Source: an uncultured Methanomassiliicoccales archaeon (GTDB lineage: Archaea > Thermoplasmatota > Thermoplasmata > Methanomassiliicoccales > CAZOLG01). From it: 64,000 nt of DNA. Numbering within the stretch: the first letter of the stretch is position 1; each line of letters opens with the position of its first letter. Location of the stretch: contig CAZOLG010000001.1 of NCBI GenBank assembly GCA_964580935.1, positions 188,745 through 252,744 on the forward strand, in the 5' to 3' direction. Made by a program: the position numbers and the translations under genes. Below the pieces are notes generated by a model. The model was not told where the DNA came from and ran no database searches. It saw only the letters and a program-made list of their open reading frames with translations. Below are positions 35,978-45,527 of this stretch, piece by piece.

Positions 35978-38596
35978 CTAGGATTCAATGGCCACGAGCA
36001 GCTCCCCCACCTGGACCGTTTCCACCCTTTTGCCCTTCAGTATCAGCTCTTTCTCCATCTCAAAATACTTCTCCGAAAGCTCCGCTATCTCACCGCTAGA
36101 CAGCTCCACCTCAAGATTCCCTGACTTGATGGCCGGGGCCACTTCCTGGACATCGAATTGATTGACCTTCTCCACGATCTCCTTAGCGGCGTTCCTGTAC
36201 TCGGGCCCCAGCTTGGACAGAAGAGGCTTGATATTCACCACTCTCTCTTCCAGTTCGGCCTCGGCGGATATCTGTAGCTTCTTGGCCCTGACCGTCTTGA
36301 GTATATCCTCTTCCACTCCCAGAAGGAACTCGGCCTTCTCTCCGATCAGTTCCACCCGCTCCAGTTCCTCATTGAGCGGGATCCCCTTGTCCGATTTCCA
36401 GGAGCGCACCGCGGCTATGACCTCTTTAGCCAACTCTCCCCTCTCTTCTTCCTTCTCCTCCACAAGGACGGGCTCGGGCCATTCGCTAATGTGTATACTC
36501 TTGGCACCGTCGATATCTTTCAGGAATGTGCTGAACACCTCCTCGGTCACGTGTGGAAGCACCGGCGCAAACATCTTCATTATGCCGTTGCAGACTGTAT
36601 AGAGGGTGAACTCGAGAGCCGGGTCCTCCCTCTTGGTCCTGTACTTGATCATCTCGATATAATGGTCAGCGAATTCATGCCAAGCGAAGTTCTCCGCGGC
36701 CTTGACCGCCTTATCGAACTGATAGCTCTCGTAGTGTTCGGTGACCTCGTTGAGTACCCTTGTGAACTTAGAAAGTATCCAGACGTCGGGGAGTCTGAAC
36801 TCTCTCGGCTCCTTCTCTTCACCCACGATACTGCCCACGAACCTGCCTATGTTCCACAACTTATTACACAGCTTCTTCCCGTGCTTCACGTCCTTCTCCC
36901 TGAACGCATTGTCCTCTCCCAGTGAGCAGGTGGAGGCGTAATAGCGCAGGGCGTCGGCACCGTACTCCTCCATGATGGGTATGGGATCGATGACATTTCC
37001 CAGCGATGAATGCATCGGTGTGCCGTCCGGTGCCATGATAAAACCGTGTATCATAATATCTTCCCAGGGCTTCTCTCCCACCAACAGATGCTCCCTCAGT
37101 ATGGTGTAGAAAGCCCAGGTCCTGATGATATCATGGGACTGGGGGCGCAGGGACATGGGATACATCTTCTCAAATTTCTCCTCATCTCTCTCCCAGTAAG
37201 TGTTGAACAGTGGAGATATACTGGAGTCCATCCAGGTATCGAACACATCCTCACACCCTTTCAGTTCTCCACCGCAACTGGGGCATTCTTCTACCGGGGG
37301 AGGGTCCACCGTGGGGTCGATGTAACAGTCTTCCTCTCTGGCGGGTACTACCTCACCGCATTCCAGGCACTCCCACACTGGGATGGGGGTGGCGAAGTAC
37401 CTCTGCCTGGAGATAACCCAGTCCCACTGGAGAGAGTTTACCCAGTCCTCCAACCTGACCTTCATGAATTCAGGGAACCAGTTGATCTCTTCCGCCTTCT
37501 CCAGCACGTCCTCCTTGTAATCAAGAATATTGATGAACCACTGTGGTACCTGCAGGTACTCGATGGGCTCGTGACATCTCCAGCAGATGCTCACGTTCTG
37601 CTGCATATCTTCCTGGTCTTCCAACAGACCTGCCAGCTCAAGATCACTGATGATCTTATCTCTGGCCTCCTGGACGGTCAGTCCCTCAAGAGCCCTGGAA
37701 ACGGCGGTCATCTTGCCCTGTTCGTCGATACCTTTCTCCAGGGGAAGATCGTACTTCATCACCCATTCCAGGTCCTCCTTATCACCGATGGTGCAGATCA
37801 TCACCACCCCTGAACCGTACTCAGGGTCCACCTTATCGTCTGCCACGACTTCCACCTCCTTGTCGTACAGCGGGGTGGTCAGGGTCTCGCCCACCAGGTG
37901 CTGATTCTCCTCATCCTCGGGATGTACTGCCACCAGCTGGCAGGTGCAGATCAGTTCAGGCCTGGTGGTGGCGATCGTGGCCGTTTCTTCCTCCCCCTTA
38001 ATCCCGAAGTGTATATAATTCAGTCTGGTGGTGTTGTCCCTGTACTCCACCTCCGCGTCCGCAAGAGCGGTCATGCACCTGGGGCACCAGTTGACCGGGT
38101 ATGTTCCCTTATACGCCAGCCCCTGGTCCAACATCTTCAAAAAGGAGATCTGGGTGATTCTTCTGTAGTAGGGGGCATCGGTCTGGTAGTATATGCTGGG
38201 ATCCATACTGGCCCCCATCATCTCGAACTGTTCCGTCATCTGTTCGATGAACCCCTCGGCGTACTCACTGCACATCTCAATGAACTTCTGCCTGGAAACG
38301 GAGAGCTTGGTGATGTCGTACTTCTTCTCCACTCTAACCTCAGTGGGGGTCCCGTTCACATCGAAACATAATGGAAAGAAGACGTTGTTGCCCCTCATCC
38401 TCCTGAAACGGGCGGCGAAGTCGATAAGAGAATAGCCAGTGGCGTGACCGAGATGTAATGTTCCGGAGGTATATCGGGGCGGGTTATCTAGGCTGTATAC
38501 TGGAGCATCGGAAGAATGGTCAAACTTGTAGATCTCCCAGTCCTTCCATATCTCCTGCCATTTCTGCTCTACCGGAACGGGATTATACTGAGTCAT
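35978..38596 (-). CDS. valS: Valyl-tRNA synthetase (archaeal type)
   Basis: HIGH-type TLHLGHA, editing-domain motifs TTRPEL and GSGVVMICTIGDKED, and YGADALRYY. 872 aa. The KMSKS position reads PMHSS. Confidence 0.75.
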   Translation of the reverse strand: MTQYNPVPVEQKWQEIWKDWEIYKFDHSSDAPVYSLDNPPRYTSGTLHLGHATGYSLIDFAARFRRMRGNNVFFPLCFDVNGTPTEVRVEKKYDITKLSVSRQKFIEMCSEYAEGFIEQMTEQFEMMGASMDPSIYYQTDAPYYRRITQISFLKMLDQGLAYKGTYPVNWCPRCMTALADAEVEYRDNTTRLNYIHFGIKGEEETATIATTRPELICTCQLVAVHPEDEENQHLVGETLTTPLYDKEVEVVADDKVDPEYGSGVVMICTIGDKEDLEWVMKYDLPLEKGIDEQGKMTAVSRALEGLTVQEARDKIISDLELAGLLEDQEDMQQNVSICWRCHEPIEYLQVPQWFINILDYKEDVLEKAEEINWFPEFMKVRLEDWVNSLQWDWVISRQRYFATPIPVWECLECGEVVPAREEDCYIDPTVDPPPVEECPSCGGELKGCEDVFDTWMDSSISPLFNTYWERDEEKFEKMYPMSLRPQSHDIIRTWAFYTILREHLLVGEKPWEDIMIHGFIMAPDGTPMHSSLGNVIDPIPIMEEYGADALRYYASTCSLGEDNAFREKDVKHGKKLCNKLWNIGRFVGSIVGEEKEPREFRLPDVWILSKFTRVLNEVTEHYESYQFDKAVKAAENFAWHEFADHYIEMIKYRTKREDPALEFTLYTVCNGIMKMFAPVLPHVTEEVFSTFLKDIDGAKSIHISEWPEPVLVEEKEEERGELAKEVIAAVRSWKSDKGIPLNEELERVELIGEKAEFLLGVEEDILKTVRAKKLQISAEAELEERVVNIKPLLSKLGPEYRNAAKEIVEKVNQFDVQEVAPAIKSGNLEVELSSGEIAELSEKYFEMEKELILKGKRVETVQVGELLVAIES

Positions 38597-38647
38597 GGAT
38601 AGAATGGGAATTGTTCATTCATTAAAAAAAGGTTGCTGAAGAGGAGG

Positions 38648-39850
38648 CTACCTCCGCCTCTTCTTGCGCTGATCGATGAGCTCCTCCTTCTTCTTGGTCA
38701 CCATCTTCTGGAAGCGCTCCATCAGTTGAATGGTGGCCTTCATTATGTTCCAATCGACTGACTTGGCCATGAAGACCTGGTGTTCGGTGGTCAGCCTGCT
38801 GCTCAGGCTGTATTTGGCGGTATTCCCCTCCTTATTGTACTTTGCCACGTGTATGGTGAACAGCAAAGGACGGCTGATCTTCGCGATCTTAGATAGCCCG
38901 GACTGTATCTCCTTTTCCATGACATCCATGGAGTACCTGTCTTCGTCCTCCAAACCGGTGATCTGAACATAGACCATGTCCCTATCCTTAAGGGAAGCGA
39001 TCAATTCAACCAGGTCGTAGGTGGTCAGTATGCCCACTATCTCCCCGTCCTCGTTGACCACGGGCAGAGTGGAAATGTTCTCACTTACCATTATCTCCAC
39101 CGCATCACTCAGCTTTGAATCAGGAGAGATGGTGTAGGGTGAGTCGATAGAGAGACTGTCCACTTTGATTTCCACTGGAGTGCTGCGGCCTACGATCTCA
39201 CCTATGGTCTCCCTGTCCCTTTCTCTCCACGTGTAGTCCACAATGTCCTTGATCCCGATGATCCCGGCCAGTCTGTCCAGGTCATCCAGAACCGGGATGG
39301 TCCTGATGTCCAGGCTCTTCATGATATCTGTGGCCTTCTGCAGGGAGTCCTTTCCCTTTACAGTGTTCACTTCCAAGGTCATGATCTCCTCCACGGGGAT
39401 ATTTCCCAGGTCGTTAATCTCTCTGATGATCTTGGCCACCTCCATCCTGGAAACGGTACCTATCACCTCGTCATTATCCACCACAGGTACCTGCCGGTAA
39501 CCGGTGGACACCATCTTCTCTGCCACCTCAGTAATATCAGTATCGGGGGGTACCTCCGGTGGATTCTCCATGACCGACCTGGCCTTGGTGCTGACCGGGA
39601 TGTTCTTTCTCTTCAGTAGACTGCCAAAGCTGATCACGCCGTCCATCGTACGGCCGTCGACGACGGTTATCTCGTGCAGGTCATTCTTTCTCATCTTGGC
39701 CAGCACATCGTTCAGAGGTGTGTCAGGTCCTACAGACCCTACATCAGTATTCATCACATCCTCCAGATCGATCGATTCGATCATCGAACGAATCATCTCC
39801 CTCTTTCTCAATCCTCCCAATTGTTCCACATTCATCTCGATCCACTCCAT
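38648..39850 (-). CDS. Four-CBS-domain protein with C-terminal HPF/RaiA (S30AE)-like domain
   Basis: Residues about 20-290 hold two CBS pairs. Residues 292-400 are MVYVQITGLEDEDRYSMDVMEKEIQSGLSKIAKISRPLLFTIHVAKYNKEGNTAKYSLSSRLTTEHQVFMAKSVDWNIMKATIQLMERFQKMVTKKKEEL. This follows the beta-alpha-beta-beta-beta-alpha pattern and key positions of E. coli HPF/RaiA. Confidence 0.6.
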   Translation of the reverse strand: MEWIEMNVEQLGGLRKREMIRSMIESIDLEDVMNTDVGSVGPDTPLNDVLAKMRKNDLHEITVVDGRTMDGVISFGSLLKRKNIPVSTKARSVMENPPEVPPDTDITEVAEKMVSTGYRQVPVVDNDEVIGTVSRMEVAKIIREINDLGNIPVEEIMTLEVNTVKGKDSLQKATDIMKSLDIRTIPVLDDLDRLAGIIGIKDIVDYTWRERDRETIGEIVGRSTPVEIKVDSLSIDSPYTISPDSKLSDAVEIMVSENISTLPVVNEDGEIVGILTTYDLVELIASLKDRDMVYVQITGLEDEDRYSMDVMEKEIQSGLSKIAKISRPLLFTIHVAKYNKEGNTAKYSLSSRLTTEHQVFMAKSVDWNIMKATIQLMERFQKMVTKKKEELIDQRKKRRR

Positions 39851-39980
39851 CTCAGACTGTTTTCCTCTTCCGTGAACAGGCTACCTCTACATTCATTTCC
39901 TCGACTCCCTCAAGAGCAAAAGGCTTTTCATTGCGGCAATCGGCGTCACCGTACCCCCACATCCCAGACCAGGGCCCCGC

Positions 39981-41678
39981 TCACGTCGACTCCTCTATCT
40001 CATCAAAATCGGCACCACACAACAGCAAGTTGACGATCGAGGCCACCTTTTTGGAGGGTATCCTGATTTGCTCATTGGTGTCCCTGTCCCTGATGGTCAC
40101 CGTGCTGTCCTCCAGGGTCTGGTAATCCACGGTGATACACCACGGTGTGCCGATCTCGTCCATCCTGGCATACCTTCGTCCTATCGAACCTGAATCGTCA
40201 TAGAAGCTGTCAATACCGCTGAGCCTCAGTTTCTCATCGATCACTTTCGCCTTCGTGTCCAGATCATCTTTTGCCATCAGAGGGAATACGCCGACCTTGG
40301 TGGGAGCGACGTTGGGCTTCAGCTTTAGAACGGTGTAATCGTCCTCATCGGTAACCACCGCATGCTCCAGTATGGTGTAGATGATCCTGTCCAGGCCGTG
40401 AGAGGGCTCGATCACATGGGGGACTATCCTCTCCCCAGCCACCTTCTCCTTCACATTCTCGATTTCGAAGTACTCGGGATCGATCACGATCTCCTCTCCG
40501 TCTATGGACAGGACAGCCTCCCCGTCCTCCAGAGAATCGGGGTCCATCCCCTCCAGGGCCTCTCCGATCTCCCCCGCCTTACCTTTGAACTCGGGCCCCA
40601 GGAGGTCGTACCTGGGCTTGATCACCGTGCGCTCCACCTCCTTCGGCTCATCGAATGGTTTGAATGCCCTCATGTCGGCATTGGAGTGCTCGATATGCTG
40701 GGAGAGGTCCCAGCACCCACGGTCAGCGATACCCACCAGCTCCGTCCATCCGTAGCTGAGCAGAGCTTCAGCGTCCCAGCAATCGGCGGCGTAGTGGGCC
40801 ATCTCATCCGAGAGATGCTGCCTGAACCGGAGTCGATCAGGGTCCACTCCCACCGCCTTCAGGAATTCCTGAGTGAACCACAGGTAGTAAGCGATGGTCT
40901 CGTGGGCCACGATGCCCCTGTCTACTGCCTCTTTCAGGGTGATCTCCATCTCCTCTTCCTTATCAGGCACAAGTTTGATTTTCTGATCAGCGATCTCCTT
41001 GAACTTGGACCAGCTCTTGTCTTCGGGGTCAACAAAGAGCTCCGCCTCCATCATGTTGAACTCCCTGAGTCTGATCATTCCCTGCCTCGGTGATATCTCA
41101 TTCCTGTACCCTTTTCCGATCTGGATGACACCGAATGGCAGTTTCTCCCTCATATAACGGTACAGAGGTATGTAGTCGACGAATATGTTCTGGGCAGTCT
41201 CCGGCCTCAGATAACCGGTTCTACCCGACCTGGGGCCGATGTTGGTCTTGAACATCAGGTTGAAATCGGTGACGCAGTCCAGTCCACCACCACACTCGAG
41301 GCAAGTGATACCGTGCTCACGTATCATATCATCCATCTCCTCTACGGACAGAGCATCAGAGTTGGGGTGGTATTCTTCAAGCAGGTGGTCCGCCCTGAAG
41401 CTCTCGTCACACGCCGTACAGTAGACGATAGCGTCCGAGAACTCGTCCACGTGCCCCGACGCCTTGAATACCGCCTCAGGTACCACGGTGTCCCCATCGA
41501 TCTCGATAAACCCTTCACCCAGAGTGTAGGCCTTTCTCCAGATATCGATCACATTGTTCTTCAGTTTGACTCCCAGAGGCCCGTAATCGTACATCCCGGC
41601 TACTCCGCCGTATATCTCGTAGGCCGGCCACAGAAAACCCCTTCTCTTGCAGAGAGAAAGCATATCTTCTCCTTTCAT
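39981..41678 (-). CDS. glyS: Glycyl-tRNA synthetase (archaeal/eukaryal alpha2 type)
   Basis: RGFLWPAYEIYGGVAGMYDYGPLG, class II motifs. 565 aa. Confidence 0.9.
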   Translation of the reverse strand: MKGEDMLSLCKRRGFLWPAYEIYGGVAGMYDYGPLGVKLKNNVIDIWRKAYTLGEGFIEIDGDTVVPEAVFKASGHVDEFSDAIVYCTACDESFRADHLLEEYHPNSDALSVEEMDDMIREHGITCLECGGGLDCVTDFNLMFKTNIGPRSGRTGYLRPETAQNIFVDYIPLYRYMREKLPFGVIQIGKGYRNEISPRQGMIRLREFNMMEAELFVDPEDKSWSKFKEIADQKIKLVPDKEEEMEITLKEAVDRGIVAHETIAYYLWFTQEFLKAVGVDPDRLRFRQHLSDEMAHYAADCWDAEALLSYGWTELVGIADRGCWDLSQHIEHSNADMRAFKPFDEPKEVERTVIKPRYDLLGPEFKGKAGEIGEALEGMDPDSLEDGEAVLSIDGEEIVIDPEYFEIENVKEKVAGERIVPHVIEPSHGLDRIIYTILEHAVVTDEDDYTVLKLKPNVAPTKVGVFPLMAKDDLDTKAKVIDEKLRLSGIDSFYDDSGSIGRRYARMDEIGTPWCITVDYQTLEDSTVTIRDRDTNEQIRIPSKKVASIVNLLLCGADFDEIEEST

Positions 41679-42529
41679 GTTTCTTCCACCTCAAGTATCG
41701 AAATGATATCAATATCGTATATCATGCCCAGAAGGTTATCATTAGAGTCTCTCACCGGAAGCTGGCCAAAATCTTTCCTCTTCATTATCCTTGCCGCCTC
41801 GGAAACGGTGGTCTTCTTGAACACCGTGACCGGATCGGGGATCATTATCTCCTTGACCTGAAGTTCTGGTATCTGGATCTTTGAGACTTCATACCACAGT
41901 TTCATAACGTTTCGGAGACCTTCCCAGGTCCACTCGTCCTCGTCCTGGCCTATGCCCAGGTCAGCGATAGCTATCGAACCGTTGACGTGGGTCTTGTTGA
42001 ATATGTCTCGGTCAGTCAGTATACCCACCAGGCGTCCCTCATCATTGAGCACTGGCAGGGCAGATGAATTGCTCACTTTGAACGTGGTTAGTGCGACCTC
42101 CAGGGGAGCACCTTCGTATATGGGGGCACATTCTGAACTCATTACCTCCTCCACCGGGATGGTGGAGCCCTCCTCCTCCACCACTGGTAGTATGTCAGTG
42201 GGTGTTATTATGCCTACCAGACGGTTTTCGTCCACCACCGGTAGGTGCTGCTGACCGGTATTCCTGAAGGCCCTCACCGCCATGCTTATGGTGTCCTTGG
42301 GGCCAATTGTCTGGGGGTTCCTGTTCATAATCAGTGCCAGCTGGTCTTCATCCGGCTTGTTGAATATGTCCTTTCTTGTAATAAATCCGGTAAGAGAGCC
42401 GCTATCCCGCTTCACGACGGGCAGACCAGTGAGATTGTTTCTCACCATTATCTTGAGCACTTCGTCTCTTCCCCCAGGGACCTCTACCACTATCGGATTG
42501 CTAGTCATTACGTCTTCTACCAAAACCAT
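41675..42529 (-). CDS. CBS-domain protein (four CBS motifs)
   Basis: 284 aa with repeated CBS sequence patterns. It overlaps the glyS start by 4 nt. Confidence 0.75.
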   Translation of the reverse strand: MVLVEDVMTSNPIVVEVPGGRDEVLKIMVRNNLTGLPVVKRDSGSLTGFITRKDIFNKPDEDQLALIMNRNPQTIGPKDTISMAVRAFRNTGQQHLPVVDENRLVGIITPTDILPVVEEEGSTIPVEEVMSSECAPIYEGAPLEVALTTFKVSNSSALPVLNDEGRLVGILTDRDIFNKTHVNGSIAIADLGIGQDEDEWTWEGLRNVMKLWYEVSKIQIPELQVKEIMIPDPVTVFKKTTVSEAARIMKRKDFGQLPVRDSNDNLLGMIYDIDIISILEVEET

Positions 42530-42973
42530 CTAGGATACCTCCTTTGGAGACCTGACCACCAGCACGGGGCAAGAAGCATGCCTCAATACGCGCTCCGCCA
42601 CACTCCCCAATAACAGCTTAGAAAGTCCCGTCCTTCCCAAAGTGCCCATCACGATCAGATCATGAGTCTTGGAAGCGTCCACTATCTTCCTTACCGGTGA
42701 TCCCTCCTCCATAACAGTATTGATCTCCACTCCCAGCTCATCGCCCTGTTTCCTAACGTACTCCAGAGCTTCTTCACCCTCTTTCTCCAGCAGGGAATAG
42801 ACATTCACTATGGTGGAGTCCATAGGAAAATTAACGAAGGACGTCTGGTCCACAACATAGAGTGCAGTGACCCTGGAGCCCAGAGCCTCTGCCAATCTCA
42901 GACCTCTATCTATTGCAGCCTTCGTATATTCACTGCCATCGGTGGGTATCAGTATTCTCTCAAACATCGTCAT
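42530..42973 (-). CDS. Universal stress protein (UspA family)
   Basis: MTMFERILIPTDGSEYT..., and G-x2-G-x9-G(S/T) as GTLGRTGLSKLLLGSVAE. ATG 42973 forms an ATGA overlap with the upstream stop. Confidence 0.8.
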   Translation of the reverse strand: MTMFERILIPTDGSEYTKAAIDRGLRLAEALGSRVTALYVVDQTSFVNFPMDSTIVNVYSLLEKEGEEALEYVRKQGDELGVEINTVMEEGSPVRKIVDASKTHDLIVMGTLGRTGLSKLLLGSVAERVLRHASCPVLVVRSPKEVS

Positions 42974-44055
42974 TTGGAACGCCTCCACGTACTTTCTCCA
43001 ACACAAACTAATACTGGATCTTTAGCGCCGGAACGCAAAATTATGTCAGTCATTACATTCCCATTCTTTCCTTCCAACACCATGAAATCACAGGGTCGGC
43101 CAGGCTTGATACCTATTGGTACTTTTTCATTTAAAATCTTTCTTCCATTTTCAGTAGTCATGTCGAAAACTTCCGATATCTCTTCCCTTCCCTGATACCT
43201 CAGAATGCGAGCCGCCTGTTCCATCTCTATCAGCATATCGGGAAGAGATATCATAGCGTTATCAGTCCCCAGGGCCAGGGTCAGGCCCTTATCAATCATC
43301 CTGGCTATGGGCGGCATACTGCCAAAGAACATGTTCGAACGGGGGCAGATGACCACCGGTATACCCTCCTGGGCACATCTCTCCATATCGCTGTCGCTGG
43401 CCTTGACCATGTGGACCAGGAAATCCGGCTGTAGGTCAATAATAAATTCGATGTCCTCCCTGATTCTCTCACTGGCGTGGATGGCGAAATACTTCCCCTT
43501 ACCGTTTACAAAGTCGGCCACCAACCTGAGCTCATCTGGCTCCCAATCAGTAATGCTGGAAATCCCCACTCCATCCGCGTACTCCAACAGCCTCTCCATC
43601 TCCTGTTCCTCGAATCGCTGGTGTCTCGGTCTCCCCAGTACCAGCCCGCGCCCCTCCTCCTGTACCTCTCCGAGGAGTCGGGAGCCCTCTACACCCCCTT
43701 CTCTAAAATCGATGAATCTGGACGCTCCGCGGGTGAACATGTAGCTGGACATCTTTCGCATCGCAGCCTTCAACTCCTGAGAGGTCATGTTCTCCAGGGT
43801 GGTGTGTTTGACTCCATCAGGAGGGGCTACGATCCTTTCCAGTGGTAATGATAGATCCAGTGGGACCTTAAAATCCGCGACGTGAGTGTGGGCGTTGATC
43901 AGAGTAGGTATCACCACCCCCTCAGCGGTGCAGGAAGGGGGGGCCCCTTCCTGCATCTCTCTGATTACCCCCCCTTCGAATCCTAAGTAGCCCTCCAGGA
44001 ATCCAGCGTCGGTGAGAATATGCCCAGACACGTACTGCATCACTTCTCGAATCAA
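42970..44055 (-). CDS. Amidohydrolase-superfamily protein (chlorohydrolase/deaminase-like)
   Basis: INAHTHV metal motif and GTDN near the C-terminus. 361 aa. Confidence 0.65.
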   Translation of the reverse strand: MIREVMQYVSGHILTDAGFLEGYLGFEGGVIREMQEGAPPSCTAEGVVIPTLINAHTHVADFKVPLDLSLPLERIVAPPDGVKHTTLENMTSQELKAAMRKMSSYMFTRGASRFIDFREGGVEGSRLLGEVQEEGRGLVLGRPRHQRFEEQEMERLLEYADGVGISSITDWEPDELRLVADFVNGKGKYFAIHASERIREDIEFIIDLQPDFLVHMVKASDSDMERCAQEGIPVVICPRSNMFFGSMPPIARMIDKGLTLALGTDNAMISLPDMLIEMEQAARILRYQGREEISEVFDMTTENGRKILNEKVPIGIKPGRPCDFMVLEGKNGNVMTDIILRSGAKDPVLVCVGESTWRRSK

Positions 44056-44139
44056 CGACCAGTTATTTCAACTTGTTCAAGTAGAAGCTACAAAATGACT
44101 ATATACAAGAATACAATTGAAGCCCAGAGAGGAATCCCA

Positions 44140-44310
44140 ATGGTAGCTAAAATTATTATCGAAGAATGCGTCGCTTGCGGTCTTTGTGAGGACGCTTGTC
44201 CTACCGATGCAATTGTGATGGAAGATGTTGCCGTGGTAGATGAAGATGAATGTCTGGACTGTGAATCCTGTATTGATGAATGTCCAAGTGACGCGATATA
44301 TATCGAATAG
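44140..44310 (+). CDS. 2x[4Fe-4S] ferredoxin (56 aa)
   Basis: CVACGLCEDACP and CLDCESCIDECP. Start at ATG 44140. Confidence 0.85.
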   Translation: MVAKIIIEECVACGLCEDACPTDAIVMEDVAVVDEDECLDCESCIDECPSDAIYIE

Positions 44311-44433
44311 ATTCCTGCCCGCCTGAAGAACTGCTTCCACTCTCAATTTTCTATTTATGAAGATTCTTCATTAGACTTTGACTATCTAGAGTTTATGCTC
44401 GACAAAAGGGGGCGGTAGAATGAATGGGGTACA

Positions 44434-45384
44434 TCAGGCCCAATAGGGGTCCTTGATGAACTTGTAGGCGCTGTTGGCCGCAGTGGCCCCCTCACCACAT
44501 CCGGTGACTATTTGCTTGTACTTCCCAGGGTAAGTCACAACGTCCCCACAGGCGAATACACCCTTGCGTGAAGTGCTCATGTCCGTATCTACTTTAATCT
44601 GAGCACCGTTCAATTCGACGCCCCAACCCTCCAGTTCCTCCAGTTCTGGCTTGAATCCAATATTGATGACTACCATATCGACAGGTATCCTCCGTTCCTC
44701 GGGAGGACCCCCCACCTCAAGAACGGCCTCTTGAGCCGTCTCGTCTCCCACCACTTCCACCAGCTGCGCGGTCATGATGGTCTCAATGTCGGATTCCTTT
44801 ACCTTCTCCACCACGCTTTCATCCGCCCTGAATTTGTTTCTTCTGTGGACCACATAGGTATCCGCCACCTCATCCGCTATGAGTGCCAGCTCGAGGGCGC
44901 TGTTTCCTCCTCCCACGAAGAGTACGGTCTTGTCCACTATCTCGTCCTTATCGGGAAGCTTGTAATACACTCCATTGTTATGGAATTCATCCTCACCCGG
45001 TATCCCCAGTTTCCGGGGTTTGAAAAGGCCAATACCCACGGCTATTATCACCGCTTTGGCCCCGTACTCATCCTCTTCCGTTCTCACCGTGAAATTGCCC
45101 GCCTCTCCCAGTATCTCCATAACCTTTTCGTTTTCGATGATTTCGCTGTCCATGTCCTGGGCATGATCCACCATCCTGTGGGCCAGATTCCTGGCTTCGG
45201 ACATGACGCAACCAGGATAATTCGGTATCCCTTTGTTGGGATAGAGCGTCACCAACTGACCGCCCGCCTCTCCTGCGTCCAGGATTAGCGTATTCAACTT
45301 CCTGGACCGTGCATATATGCCCGCGGTGAGTCCAGCTGGGCCGGCTCCGATAATAATCAAATCATAATTGGACGAGTCATTCAT
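44434..45384 (-). CDS. Thioredoxin-reductase-like FAD/NAD(P) oxidoreductase lacking the CxxC redox pair (ferredoxin-NADP reductase-like)
   Basis: Motifs YDLIIIGAGPAGLTAG, FVGGGNSALE and GDV. No CxxC is present in the NADPH domain. Confidence 0.7.
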   Translation of the reverse strand: MNDSSNYDLIIIGAGPAGLTAGIYARSRKLNTLILDAGEAGGQLVTLYPNKGIPNYPGCVMSEARNLAHRMVDHAQDMDSEIIENEKVMEILGEAGNFTVRTEEDEYGAKAVIIAVGIGLFKPRKLGIPGEDEFHNNGVYYKLPDKDEIVDKTVLFVGGGNSALELALIADEVADTYVVHRRNKFRADESVVEKVKESDIETIMTAQLVEVVGDETAQEAVLEVGGPPEERRIPVDMVVINIGFKPELEELEGWGVELNGAQIKVDTDMSTSRKGVFACGDVVTYPGKYKQIVTGCGEGATAANSAYKFIKDPYWA

Positions 45385-45527
45385 CGGGGCAATTTATCAT
45401 ATTCCTGTCTAATAATAGTTTCTTATTCGACAGCAGGCTTGACTGATACAAGAAAAGGGAAAGATTGACAGTGAGGTGGAGCTATTGTTGGAGAGGAAGC
45501 AGTCAACCACATAAGGGGGAATACGAA

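Noticed and set aside
37010-37813. 267-aa plus-strand ORF, with many similar long antisense ORFs inside valS, glyS, the RACo gene, the AksA-like gene and others.
   Set aside because: They are shadow ORFs opposite strongly supported genes. Their low-complexity or Ser/Pro/Arg-rich translations are typical of antisense frames.
42527-42535. The USP gene ends with TAG (42530..42532) and is followed immediately, in the same frame, by the ATG of the CBS protein (42529). This looked like a possible pyrrolysine/readthrough fusion.
   Set aside because: TAG terminates about 17 of about 55 genes in this window (for example topA, valS, folC-like, nth and heliorhodopsin). TAG is therefore an ordinary stop here. 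Adjacent stop-start pairs are normal operon coupling.
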